The notes: generated from the letters alone by a model not told the origin. A DNA stretch of 63,912 nt, filler included, from Octopus bimaculoides (GCF_001194135.2; 8 parts of 8 records of this genome joined end to end with filler, not necessarily neighbours in it); one strand, 5' to 3'. Positions 1 to 11,886 are shown, numbered from the whole stretch's first letter. Made by a program: numbers and translations.

Positions 1-87
1 AGAATGTGTGCAGTACCCAGTAGTGTAATTTTCTGTATGTTATATATATTTGTAAGTCCTGGTATTTTTGTTATGTATTTGTCTGAA

Positions 88-90
<3 letters not shown>
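1..90 (-). mobile_element. R4/Dong-type RLE non-LTR retrotransposon, 5'-truncated C-terminal fragment (runs off the window)
   Basis: Minus strand reads SDKYITKIPGLTNIYNIQKITLLGTAHI, near-identical to 44424-44510 (IQKIALLGTAHILRK). Begins directly after an (AAT)n tract. Confidence 0.8.

Positions 91-160
<70 letters not shown>
91..160. repeat. (ATT)n/(AAT)n microsatellite
   Basis: Direct reading. Confidence 0.95.
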
Positions 161-161
<1 letters not shown>

Positions 162-307
162 CATGGTGTTCTCAGATGTTTTAGATTCAGAATCAATGTC
201 CTTGATACTGGCTCAGAACCAGTTTTCTTAGACATCGAGGACCTTAGAAAATTACTATTTGTAAATCTCACAACGAGAAATATTCAGCAACAGTACTTTG
301 GAGTAAA

Positions 308-593
308 GATTGTTTGCCAACATAATATGGCAGTCCTGGTTTAGGACGAATGTTGCTGTAATTTAGCCCCAGGAGACATCGTCTCCAGCTGGCTATACGA
401 CACGATCTGTGTCCTTATATTTTTGATCAAGGGAATCTTGTTTTGAGCTGAGTGGGGATGCTAGATTCCCTTATTCGAAAATATAAGGACACAGATCGTG
501 TCGTATAGCCAGCTGGAGACGATGTCTCCTGGGTCTAAATTACAGCAACATTCGTCCTAAACCAGGACTGCCATATTATGTTGGCAAACAATC
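308..593. mobile_element. Near-palindromic MITE/foldback element (~286 bp)
   Basis: Arms 308-423 and 478-593 are reverse complements with one visible mismatch. Inner aagggaatct/agattccctt also pair. Confidence 0.8.
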
Positions 594-1170
594 AAGGGCC
601 TTTCTTACAAGCGTTGTCATTCCTAAGGGAGAAGATTTTTGAATAGGTGCAACTCTCGTAGTTAAACCAATTTCAATAAGGGAACTGTTAAGTCTGTTGG
701 TGACGGTACCTAGAGCACGTAGAATAGCTAGGATTACTTTTGTGCAAACCCTCCACAGTCATCGTATTTCTTAGGTCAAAAACTGGTATTTTCCTATTTT
801 CTGTTCTTTGGCCGCTACATTCCTGACCACAAATATACCTACATCTATGATGATGCAATTTTTTTTCCTTTGTCCAGTACCATAATTTCTGGTGGTCTGG
901 AATAAATTTCGCGACCAGTCTGTACATTAAAATCCCACAAAACCTTAGACTGGTTCTTCTCTATTACATTTTCTGGTTGATGTTCGTACCATTTCCTTCC
1001 TACTTCAAATATTCTTTGCTGTAATTTGCCAGAGTTTAGTGCAATAGCCACACAGTAATGTCTGCATTTATATTCCTTCTGTGCCAAAAGTCTAGAAGAA
1101 TTTATTACTTGCATAAACAGATTCCTCATTCTCAATACATACTTTGTAATTTGCACTTTCTGTGGATTTT
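594..1170 (-). mobile_element. R4/Dong-type retrotransposon relic: CCHC knuckle remnant and restriction-like endonuclease
   Basis: Frameshifted translation: LAQKEYKCRH..VA, KWYEHQPENVIE, KVLWDFNVQT..SRPPEIMVLDK, CIIIDV, ALGTV, IQKSSPLGMTTLVRK. Confidence 0.85.
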
Positions 1171-1249
1171 TCTATTTTTCTATTTTCTCTATGACTGGCT
1201 TTGAGTAGCTCGTTTCGTTCTTAATATCTCCACTCTTCATCTATAACCA

Positions 1250-1460
1250 AGACTCGGCAGAATCGTTAGCCTGTCGGGCAAAATGCTTATCAGCATTTCG
1301 TCAGTCTTTACATTCCGAGTTCAAATTCCACCAAGGTCGACTTTTGTGTTTCATCCTTTCGGGGTCGGTAGAATGAGTGCCATTTGAGTATTGGGGTCTA
1401 TGCAATCGCCTGTCCCCTTCTCCCAAAATTTCAGGACTTGTGCCTATACTAAAAATTATT
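1250..1460 (+). mobile_element. tRNA-derived SINE with Nin/Deu-like domain (family A)
   Basis: ggcagaatcgttagc head; gtcgactttt..tttcatcctttcggggtcggta domain; att-type tail. Confidence 0.8.
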
Positions 1461-1467
1461 ATAACTA

Positions 1468-1500
<33 letters not shown>

Positions 1501-1540
1501 ATGTTTCTGCTGCTATTGCTGTTGTTGTTGTTATTATTAT

Positions 1541-1730
1541 TCAGCATTGGGCTCGATATCTTGCAAAAGTTGTTCTGGCTTTTTATATTCTGAATTCAAA
1601 TCCTGATGAGGTGAACTTTGCCATCCATTATTCAAGAGTCAATACAATAAAGTACCACTGGAATAAATGGCCAACTTTATCGGTTAATATCGTCCAGAAA
1701 TTTCTTGCGCCTATATAAGAAAATATTATT
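1541..1730 (+). mobile_element. Highly diverged family A SINE
   Basis: tgaattcaaatcctgatgaggtgaactttgcc..ataaagtacca aligns loosely with family A. Confidence 0.45.
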
Positions 1731-1794
1731 CATTCAGATGTGTTTGGCCTAGATCTATTACTGCAGTGGATATTACCAATTGAAATTGCATGAA

Positions 1795-2219
1795 AAAAAA
1801 TGTGGTTTCATTATTCTTCGGGAGTAGGTAAGTAATACCTCTTGCTAACCAATCAGGTGTTTTCGTAGGATCTCTCATAATTCCTTTGAATAAACTTTTC
1901 GTGTGCGCACGGGAGCGGTGGGGAGCCAGAAATTTGGCACCCTATCATTTCCAGGAGATTTTCTCTTACAAGTCTTTGTGAGTGTCATCCTTAGGTCTGC
2001 TATTGTGATGTCTTCCCATGCTTGTTCTGGTAAGTTTTGGTAGGATTCTTCTGTGCGTCTAATCCAGTCTGCATTTTCATTGAAAGCCTTTTCATCACTC
2101 CAGATAACTTTTCAGGAGTTTTTCGACTTCTTCCATGGCAGGAGCGGGTTCTTCAACGGTTATTTTCTCCTTCCCTATTTCTCTGTAGCATGTTTTCGCA
2201 TTGGATGTGAACAGCTTAT
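1795..2219 (-). mobile_element. R4/Dong-type retrotransposon relic: N-terminal part of RT
   Basis: Translation NKLFTSNAKTCYREIGKEK..WSDEKAFNENADWI..EQAWEDITIADL..KSPGNDRVPNFWL..PDWLARGITYLLPK. Confidence 0.85.
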
Positions 2220-2220
2220 T

Positions 2221-2645
2221 CAAGGTGGCGAGCTGGCAGAATTGTTATCACGCTGGACGAAATGCTTAGCGGAATTTCGCCCGTCGCCACGTTCTGAGTT
2301 CGAATTCCACCGAGGTCGACTTTACCTTTCATCTTTTCGGGGTCGATAAATTAAGTACCAGTTGAGTACTGGGGTCGATGTAATCGACTATCCCCCTCAC
2401 CCAAATTTCAGGCCTTGTGCCTATAATAGAAGGGATTATCATTATTATTGAGGCGGTGAGTTGGTAGAATCGTTAGCTCGGCGGGCAAAATGCTTAGCGG
2501 CATTTTGTCTATCTTTACGTTCAAATTCCACGGAGGTCGTCTTTGCCTTTCATCCTTTCGGGGTCGGTGAAATAAGTATGAGCAAAGCACTGGGGTCAAT
2601 GAAATCGACTTACCCCTCCCCAACCCAAATTTCAGAATTATTGTT
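2221..2645 (+). mobile_element. Two head-to-tail family A SINEs (2221-2445, 2450-2645)
   Basis: Repeated aggtggcgagctggcagaat..tcatcttttcggggtcgataaa..ggccttgtgcc joined by (att)n. Confidence 0.9.
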
Positions 2646-3062
2646 ATTATTGCAAGTTTGCTTTATTTATATATTCGGAATTGCAAATTGTTAAAATTTT
2701 GTTACAAACCGTCTTGTTAATTCAACCAAAATCCCAAGGGACTGGTTGGTTTCTTTCTTTCTTGCCCCTTTGGGGCTCAGATTTATTTGAAAAATCTTTA
2801 AATTTTGTTTTGAAGAAACGCTTTTCTTACAAACATGTAGTTAGCTTCCATAGCCAATATAAAAAAGACAGGTGCAATACGTATCAAGATTTCACCAGTT
2901 CACCTGCTCATGAAAAGCAAGGATGTCTTCCATCGTTGAAAGTTTTAAAAAGCAATTGCACCATTGCTATTGTGGCGAACGACAGTAGTAACAACAACAA
3001 AAGCCACAACAGCTACTGTTGCTGCTGCCGTTAATTTGGCTGCTGCCGCTACTACTACATTA

Positions 3063-3218
3063 TTGTTGTTGGCACTCCGTCACTTACGACGTCGAGGGTT
3101 CCAGTTGATCCGATCAACGGAACAGCCTGCTCGTGAAATTAACGTACAAGTGGCTGAGCACTCCACACAGACACGTGTACCCTTAACGTAGTTCTCGGGG
3201 ATATTCAGCGTGACACAA
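3063..3218 (-). mobile_element. tRNA-derived SINE family B (resembles octopus OK-type), 3' part
   Basis: Matches the 3' half of full copies at 24853-25240 and 38853-39236. Cut by a gap. Confidence 0.85.
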
Positions 3219-3287
3219 NNNNNNNNNNAGTGAGTTAAGGTGAATACGGCTAGTGCTAGAAAGACGATAATTTATTACTGCATATCG

Positions 3288-3540
3288 TTAGCATTTAGCT
3301 GGGCCATATCCGGCCCAAATATTCTGGCTCAAACTGGCCCAAATATATATCCGGCCCAAACATTCTGTGCTCAAACTGGCCAGATCCAGTCTCTCATCTG
3401 CTCTATAATGTCATTCTAAAGGTATGCAACCACATCATTGAAATCTTCAGGCTTTAAGATAATGCATAATTAATTGAACACAACGAGAACAAATAAGAAT
3501 TACATTTGGCAAAGTAATCTTCATGCTGTGAAGGATTAAA
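3288..3540. mobile_element. Degenerate MITE-like repeat, possibly piggyBac-derived, with internal ~34-bp duplication
   Basis: atatccggcccaaa..gctcaaactggcc occurs twice; ends resemble ttagcatt..atgctg..ggattaa. Family assignment rests on recollection only. Confidence 0.35.
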
Positions 3541-4887
3541 AGAAAGCGTAGCTGTATGATTAAGTCATTTGCTTCCCAATCACATGATAACGGGTTCGAG
3601 GCTCCTGCGAGGCATCTTCGGATAACATTTTCTGCCAAAGTTTCACGTAAACCTAAACCTTGCAAATGATGTTGATTATGCGGAAATTATACGGAAGTCT
3701 GGTTGGTTGGTTTGTCTATGTTCTTAAATAGTACGTAGACGATTGCCTAGTTTAGTACAACAACGTGAACTTCAATATATTGAAGTTTTTCTTCCCGCTG
3801 CAGCAACTATGGAGGAGTCAAGGAAGGCCTTCAACCAAAATACAAAATGGCGCTGTTGTTCCCGTTCTTCCTTTAACTAAACCAAATCACTCCAACTAAA
3901 AAAAAAAGAAAAAAGAAAAAGAAAAGCCAAAAATTCCAAACGATGTCGAACCTGGAAGTTGGAGGTCATAGAAATCCCGTTAACTGGTAGCTTAATATTT
4001 CCTTCGCTACAACGATCACCCCAAGTATTTCAGTAACACCCTAAATTGTGTAATATTATCTCAAGAGTATATTATAAACGGATCAGTGATCCGACATCTA
4101 AGGTTAAAGTGAGGTTTACATTGGATCATTTTAGCTTCTTTTTTTNNNNNNNNNNNNNNNNNNNNNNNNNNNNNNNNNNNNNNNNNNNNNNNNNNNNNNN
4201 NNNNNNNNNNNNNNNNNNNNNNNNNNNNNNNNNNNNNNNNNNNNNNNNNNNNNNNNNNNNNNNNNNNNNNNNNNNNNNNNNNNNNNNNNNNNNNNNNNNN
4301 NNNNNNNNNNNNNNNNNNNNNNNNNNNNNNNNNNNNNNNNNNNNNNNNNNNNNNNNNNNNNNNNNNNNNNNNNNNNNNNNNNNNNNNNNNNNNNNNNNNN
4401 NNNNNNNNNNNNNNNNNNNNNNNNNNNNNNNNNNNNNNNNNNNNNNNNNNNNNNNNNNNNNNNNNNNNNNNNNNNNNNNNNNNNNNNNNNNNNNNNNNNN
4501 NNNNNNNNNNNNNNNNNNNNNNNNNNNNNNNNNNNNNNNNNNNNNNNNNNNNNNNNNNNNNNNNNNNNNNNNNNNNNNNNNNNNNNNNNNNNNNNNNNNN
4601 NNNNNNNNNNNNNNNNNNNNNNNNNNNNNNNNNNNNNNNNNNNNNNNNNNNNNNNNNNNNNNNNNNNNNNNNNNNNNNNNNNNNNNNGAAAGAGAGAGAG
4701 AGAGAGAGAAAGAGAGGGAGAGAAAGAGCGACATCGTGTTTTAAACAAACTCATGATACATGAAACTAATTTTTTTTTCTTTTACGGTTACGCACATGCA
4801 TATACATTCATACTCCATACAGGCACACTAACCTATGCACACACACACTCTCTCTCTCACATACATCATATACGTACATGCACACGT

Positions 4888-4933
<46 letters not shown>

Positions 4934-4935
<2 letters not shown>

Positions 4936-5002
4936 GCATACAAACATATTCATAAGTAAATGCATACAAACATATTCATAAGTAAATGCATACAAACATA
5001 TA
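4934..5002. repeat. 26-bp tandem repeat, ~2.6 copies
   Basis: tgcatacaaacatattcataagtaaa repeated. Confidence 0.8.
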
Positions 5003-5148
5003 TATATACATACGCACAGACATACACACGTGTAAATATATTCGCCCAAAGATGATGATTCACTCTGTCGTTACTTGGAATATCTCACTTTTGAGTGTTC
5101 CTTCATGTAATGAGCACCCTAGTTCCTATGTACCCATACATACATACA

Positions 5149-5181
<33 letters not shown>

Positions 5182-5214
5182 GGATATATGTATATATATA
5201 TGTGTGTGTGAGTG

Positions 5215-5262
<48 letters not shown>

Positions 5263-5386
5263 TAGATCTGAAAATGAGAGTTGAGAGTGTGCGTATAATT
5301 GGTGGTGTTTGTGAAAACGATATGAGAAGAATCAGAGAGAAATATATAGGGGAGGGAAGGAGAGAGAGAAAGGGGGGAAAGGCGAC

Positions 5387-5434
<48 letters not shown>

Positions 5435-6479
5435 AAAGTATGGGTGAAAATGAGTGTTTAGCAGTCAAAGAGAAGGAATTTCTTCTTCCTGATTAAGTAT
5501 TTCAACAGCATAAAGAAAAGGATGTAAACAAAACAAAAACTCCCCACCCCACATAAAATGACAATGTTTTAATTAAACATTCTAACTTGTAGAATTAATC
5601 TCGTGGGAACAGAATAGATGATGAAAATAAAATAAAAGACAGATATAAATAAAAAGGTAAAACATTTTTACTCAGATAAGATAATCATATACTGTGATGT
5701 TAAGGTAGTGGTAGTGGTGGTGGTAGTGGTGATGGTGGTGGTGGTGGTGTTGGTGGTGGTGATGGTTTCGGCGATGATGCTGGGTGGGATTAGATTTTTG
5801 AGGTAAAAGTGTAATAGATTTCTAGAAGCATATCTCTTTCCGGGGCGTTTTCTTGTATATACATATATCTGTCTCAACATAAAGGTTCCACTGGAATGGC
5901 TTTATATTGCGTTCCCTAAGCCCTTTTTTAAAAAAAAACTCTGATCCTCCTTTATTTTTTATGTGCAGGGAAAGTAAATAAAAAATCATTTTCATGAAAT
6001 TGCCTATTTTGGGCTTCTTAACCAGAAATTATTCCACGTAAGTTATTCCATTTAGATAGTAGCGATTCGCTCTGTTATGTTCTGAACTGCTCTGGAAGGC
6101 AATGATGTCATTGTAAACTCCTAAAGAAGATGTCTTTGAACTGTGATTTTCAGTTAATTTTTCTTCCATTGTTATTTTCATGAAATTTATTCTTCCGCCT
6201 TCATTTAACTCGTGTCACTAGACTCCTACATGCTCGATTTTATAGTCTCTCCTATTCTCACTCTTCAGACCCCACGCATATGAGAACCTCTAATTGTTCC
6301 TCACGAGAACGTCGATCGTCTGGAATTTCCATCTCTACTCATCCCACGTTTGTTTATGTTGTTGTCAACGTACAACTGTTCAAGAGAATTATCAACCGCG
6401 TCCACCATAACAGTCTTGAAGGACCTGTAAAGACGATAGGCACAGTCTACTTCACCCACACAGTAAAATGGAACGAGTG

Positions 6480-7100
6480 AATCTACATGTTTGACATTAT
6501 ACCGACATAAGCTTTTGATTTATCGTTAGTCGTAACTAAACATTAGTACAAGGTATACATAGCCATGCAATTAGATTTTAGGGAGAGTCAGTTGCTGGGG
6601 TGAAGGCAGTTGCACAGGTAGTTTTTGTTAGTTAATAATGATTTGTTATGTTTATTGAATTTAGATGTGTTATAGTATGCTAAGTAAAGGTGACTATATA
6701 GGGTTGTTGGATAAGAAAGTCTGATAAATCTGATTGAATGTATAGTTTAAGAATACTTTTTAAAAAACTAATAGAAGACATTACCAGGTTATATTTCTTT
6801 TCAACTATCGTATTTGGGCAGGTTATAGATTTGTTATTTAATACTTTTTATCTCTAAAGTCCCTTCTGACTAAGTAACATTAGCATGAGCTTGTAAAGAT
6901 CGTTCATTAGCCGAAAGTGGGAAAGCCTAAATAAGATATTCGGGAGAAGATTCTTAGTAACATGTCTAGGGTAGTTAGAATGTCTATGGATGTAATTTAC
7001 TGTTTAGAATGATACGAGTAACAAAAATAATGGTAAAAATTCAGAGTAAAATTTAGGTCACTTTTATAAGATGAAACAGTGGCTATAGTTTAAAACTATT
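6480..7100 (-). mobile_element. Degraded Penelope-like element: RT thumb, linker and start of GIY-YIG
   Basis: Broken frames give YIHRHSNYPRHVTKNLLPNILFRLS and NYLCNCLHP..NCMA..LVTTNDKSKAYVGI. Confidence 0.65.
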
Positions 7101-8482
7101 GACATATCCAGATATATATCCCTACAACTAACTGTGGTGATCAGATGTTCGTACTTACATATATTCTTTGCGCTTACTTATTTCCTATGAGTCAAAAGAT
7201 TTAAATACAGAAAAGTCACATGCTTTTTTTATATACCAAACCTTCTGATATATTTCTAACCAGAAACACATTACAGGGACTTGTCTTGTCAACGTTAGCG
7301 TCAAATAGGATGTACAATTATCCAATTATACACACATATACTCGGATATATATATATATATATATATATACTCGGATATATATATNNNNNNNNNNNNNNN
7401 NNNNNNNNNNNNNNNNNNNNNNNNNNNNNNNNNNNNNNNNNNNNNNNNNNNNNNNNNNNNNNNNNNNNNNNNNNNNNNNNNNNNNNNNNNNNNNNNNNNN
7501 NNNNNNNNNNNNNNNNNNNNNNNNNNNNNNNNNNNNNNNNNNNNNNNNNNNNNNNNNNNNNNNNNNNNNNNNNNNNNNNNNNNNNNNNNNNNNNNNNNNN
7601 NNNNNNNNNNNNNNNNNNNNNNNNNNNNNNNNNNNNNNNNNNNNNNNNNNNNNNNNNNNNNNNNNNNNNNNNNNNNNNNNNNNNNNNNNNNNNNNNNNNN
7701 NNNNNNNNNNNNNNNNNNNNNNNNNNNNNNNNNNNNNNNNNNNNNNNNNNNNNNNNNNNNNNNNNNNNNNNNNNNNNNNNNNNNNNNNNNNNNNNNNNNN
7801 NNNNNNNNNNNNNNNNNNNNNNNNNNNNNNNNNNNNNNNNNNNNNNNNNNNNNNNNNNNNNNNNNNNNNNNNNNNNNNNNNNNNNNNNNNNNNNNNNNNN
7901 NNNNNNNNNNNNNNNNNNNNNNNNNNNNNNNNNNNNNNNNNNNNNNNNNNNNNNNNNNNNNNNNNNNNNNNNNNNNNNNNNNNNNNNNNNNNNNNNNNNN
8001 NNNNNNNNNNNNNNNNNNNNNNNNNNNNNNNNNNNNNNNNNNNNNNNNNNNNNNNNNNNNNNNNNNNNNNNNNNNNNNNNNNNNNNNNNNNNNNNNNNNN
8101 NNNNNNNNNNNNNNNNNNNNNNNNNNNNNNNNNNNNNNNNNNNNNNNNNNNNNNNNNNNNNNNNNNNNNNNNNNNNNNNNNNNNNNNNNNNNNNNNNNNN
8201 NNNNNNNNNNNNNNNNNNNNNNNNNNNNNNNNNNNNNNNNNNNNNNNNNNNNNNNNNNNNNNNNNNNNNNNNNNNNNNNNNNNNNNNNNNNNNNNNNNNN
8301 TCCCGCTTCTTCTTATTTAAATTTACAAAGCGTATTTTGTCATCTTTCCACTCGACAAGTCAACCCTGCTTATCATCACCACTGAAAATATACCCCAACA
8401 AACACCACCGTCACCACCACCATCTCCACCACCACCACCACCACCACCACCACAATCAGCAGTGATAACAACTATGAACAGC

Positions 8483-8483
<1 letters not shown>

Positions 8484-8529
<46 letters not shown>

Positions 8530-8545
8530 TAATAATAATGATAAT
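8484..8545. repeat. (AAT)n microsatellite
   Basis: Direct reading. Confidence 0.9.
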
Positions 8546-8756
8546 AAAAGAGCAAATGGTAGTAATGATAATAATAAAAATAACAATGGCGATAGAAAAA
8601 TTAGGAAACAGCAGTTATTACTCAAATTACCCAGTTACATTAATGTGTTCTATATTCCACCAAAATGGGAAATGCCAGCTGAAGAATAAACATACAAACA
8701 CAATGAATTTTGAGAAGGGTGATTGGTGGTGTGGTAAGAAGGAAAGAATACTGTGA

Positions 8757-8806
<50 letters not shown>

Positions 8807-9179
8807 GGACGGACGGTAGGCGTGTCGGCTCCGTAAGTTTTGCCTTTTTATGTTTTAAAAAGTTTCTTTGTAAAGTTTATTTTTATATAGAAAGTTGTAT
8901 AACAACTTATAGACTCTCTGGTGCAAGATTTTTGCAACGGAAATCTGCCCTGTGTGGCACATTTCCAGGATTTAAAAATCAATTTCGGCTTTCTAGCCAT
9001 TTTTATTTTGAGACGATGGCGTCTTGTAGCCATGAAAAGTTTCGTGAAACGAACGCTGAATTTTGCAGTGTTTCGTTCGAAAAAGAATTTCATAGTCTTC
9101 CTTCCTCACAGTTAAACAAGAGAATGGAGAAAAAGAAAAAAGAATTTACACACACAAATTCAAGTGTTAACACCGCCAT

Positions 9180-9279
9180 NNNNNNNNNNNNNNNNNNNNN
9201 NNNNNNNNNNNNNNNNNNNNNNNTTAATTAATTAANNNNNNNNNNNNNNNNNNNNNNNNNNNNNNNNNNNNNNNNNNNN
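9180..9279. other. Artificial assembly spacer 44N-TTAATTAATTAA-44N. The 12-mer also occurs at 21216, 32665, 53400, 55551, 59796 and 62166.
   Basis: Identical 12-mer (stops in all six frames) embedded in N runs seven times; 44 N counted on each side at 9180-9279 and 59752-59851. Confidence 0.9.
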
Positions 9280-10624
9280 AAGGAAGAGAGAAAGGAGGAG
9301 TTCATCGCCGAAAGTCGAACAAGGGAAAAAATGCAAATCACAGGATCAAGTGGGATCACTGAGGAAAGAAGATAATAGCAGCAGAACATTACCACAGAAT
9401 CATACAGTCTCACAATCGCACAGACATACAGATACACAGATGCATAAACACAGACATACATACACTGGAAAGCGAAGAAGATAACGCAGAGTTACAGAAA
9501 CCTAAAAAACACAGAACCTGAAAACACAGACACACAAACACAACATGCAGACTTACAGTCACACAAACATGCATAACCACAGACAGATAAACACAGATAT
9601 ACAGTCAGAAAGAAATATAGAACAGACGCATGGTAGTACCGAATCACAAAAACAAAAAAGAACAGACATACAGACGCAGGAGGTACATAGGAACGGCATA
9701 TATTTGATGTCATATCGATACACACAAAAATAGAGAAGAAGATATCCAAAATAAAAGACATTGTCAAAGTGGACCTCGCGGACCGTTGCGATAAGGAGGC
9801 GAGATGGATTTTAATAGAAAAAGAAAAGTATAAAAAATTAAAAGAGGCTTTCCCGACAGATATAAACCCACTGGGGCCCGAAGTGAATTTCGAACCCAGC
9901 GCTCCAGTGGTGAACTACGAGGAAATAAAAGATTATATAAAATGGTGAGTAGTTTTATTTTGGATAAATTNNNNNNNNNNNNNNNNNNNNNNNNNNNNNN
10001 NNNNNNNNNNNNNNNNNNNNNNNNNNNNNNNNNNNNNNNNNNNNNNNNNNNNNNNNNNNNNNNNNNNNNNNNNNNNNNNNNNNNNNNNNNNNNNNNNNNN
10101 NNNNNNNNNNNNNNNNNNNNNNNNNNNNNNNNNNNNNNNNNNNNNNNNNNNNNNNNNNNNNNNNNNNNNNNNNNNNNNNNNNNNNNNNNNNNNNNNNNNN
10201 NNNNNNNNNNNNNNNNNNNNNNNNNNNNNNNNNNNNNNNNNNNNNNNNNNNNNNNNNNNNNNNNNNNNNNNNNNNNNNNNNNNNNNNNNNNNNNNNNNNN
10301 NNNNNNNNNNNNNNNNNNNNNNNNNNNNNNNNNNNNNNNNNNNNNNNNNNNNNNNNNNNNNNNNNNNNNNNNNNNNNNNNNNNNNNNNNNNNNNNNNNNN
10401 NNNNNNNNNNNNNNNNNNNNNNNNNNNNNNNNNNNNNNNNNNNNNNNNNNNNNNNNNNNNNNNNNNNNNNNNNNNNNNNNNNNNNNNNNNNNNNNNNNNN
10501 NNNNNNNNNNNNNNNNNNNNNNNNNNNNNNNNNNNNNNNNNNNNNNNNNNNNNNNNNNNNNNNNNNNNNNNNNNNNNNNNNNNNNNNNNNNNNNNNNNNN
10601 NNNNNNNNNNNNNNNNNNNNNNNN

Positions 10625-10850
10625 TATGATAGGAATTGTTTCTGTTTTTAGATTCCACATTCGAGTTATCTCTATTTCCAGGTCTTTGTATTTTGAAAGT
10701 TTTTCCATTTCTTTTAGAGAAACGTTGTCATCTGCTGGTATTGATACATCAATTAGAAAGCATTTTTTTTCTTCATGATCTTTGACAACTATATCTGGTC
10801 TATTTGCCTTAATTTCTCTATCTGTGTGTATTGGCATATCCCAGAGTATA
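10625..10850 (-). mobile_element. R4/Dong-type RLE endonuclease fragment, 5'-truncated, open frame
   Basis: ILWDMPIHTDREIKANRPDIVVKDHEEKKCFLIDVSIPADDNVSLKEMEKLSKYKDLEIEITRMW (RPD..D..E..K motif). Starts at an (AAT)n tract and is cut by a gap. Confidence 0.9.
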
Positions 10851-10879
10851 TTATTATTATTATTATTATTATTATTACT

Positions 10880-11323
10880 AAGGCGGCGAACTGGTAGAAT
10901 CGTTAGCACGCCGGACGAAATGCTTAGCGGCATTTCGTCCGTTTAAACGTTCTGGGTCTAAATTCCATCGAGGTCAACTTTACCTTTCATCCTTTCGGAG
11001 TCGATAAATTAAGAACCAGTGAAACACTGGAGTCGATGGAATCAACTAGTACCCCACCCACAAAAATTTTAGGCCTTGTGCTTTTAGTAGAAAAAATTAT
11101 TATTACTATTAAGGCAGCGAGTAGGTAGAATTGTAAGCACGCCGGAGAAAATGCATAGTGGCATTTCATCTGTTGCTATGTTCTGAGTTCAAATACTGCC
11201 GAGGTTGATTTTGCCTTTTATCCTTTCAGGGTCGATAAAATAAGTATCAATTGAATACTGGGGTCGATGTAATTCGACTAGATCCCTCCCTAAATTCCAG
11301 GCCTTATGCCTTTAGTAGAAAGG

Positions 11324-11382
<59 letters not shown>

Positions 11383-11620
11383 GGCGACGATCTGGCAGAA
11401 TCGTTAGCATGCTGGACGAAATGCTTAACGGTATTCCGTACATCGCTACGTTCTGTGTTCAAATTCCGCCGAGGTCGACTTTGCCTTCAATCCCTTCGGG
11501 GTCGATAAATGAAATACCAGTGAAACACTGGGGTCGATGTTATCCACTAGTCCCCTCACCGCAAATTTCAGGCCTTGTGCCTATAGTAGAAAGGCTTATT
11601 ATTATTATCATTATTAAGGT
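10880..11620 (+). mobile_element. Three head-to-tail family A SINEs separated by (ATT)n
   Basis: Copies at ~10880-11100, 11110-11330 and 11381-11600, followed by a fourth head stub aaggtggcgtgctg. Confidence 0.9.
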
Positions 11621-11682
11621 GGCGTGCTGAAAAAAGCTGAAAATAGAAACGTAAGAACATTATTAACAGAAAGCACTTATAT

Positions 11683-11886
11683 TATTGACGGATTTCTGTA
11701 TCTACTTGGTAATCTATTCCTAACTTCAAACGTATATAGAAAACATCACAAGCTTTAAATATCTTGAATATTTCTGCTTGTAAGATCTTTCGCCCTGAGG
11801 CCGAAGTAATCTATAAGGAGACGATACACATGAATTCATGTGATATTGCAAGAAGTGGCTCCTGAAAAGGATTAAAAGAATATTTA
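11683..11886 (-). repeat. Diverged dispersed duplicate, copy 1 (pairs with 13657-13830)
   Basis: Shared tattgacggatttc, cttgtaagatctttcgccctgaggccgaagtaatct, tgaattcatgtgatatt blocks. Confidence 0.8.

Noticed and set aside
3845-3856. aaaatggcg YY1-like promoter motifs (also ~57865)
   Set aside because: Short motif expected by chance; no associated gene or TSS evidence.
8323-8689. Poly-N/poly-L/poly-G ORFs suggesting low-complexity proteins
   Set aside because: Translations of (AAT)n and (ACC)n microsatellites with no domain evidence.
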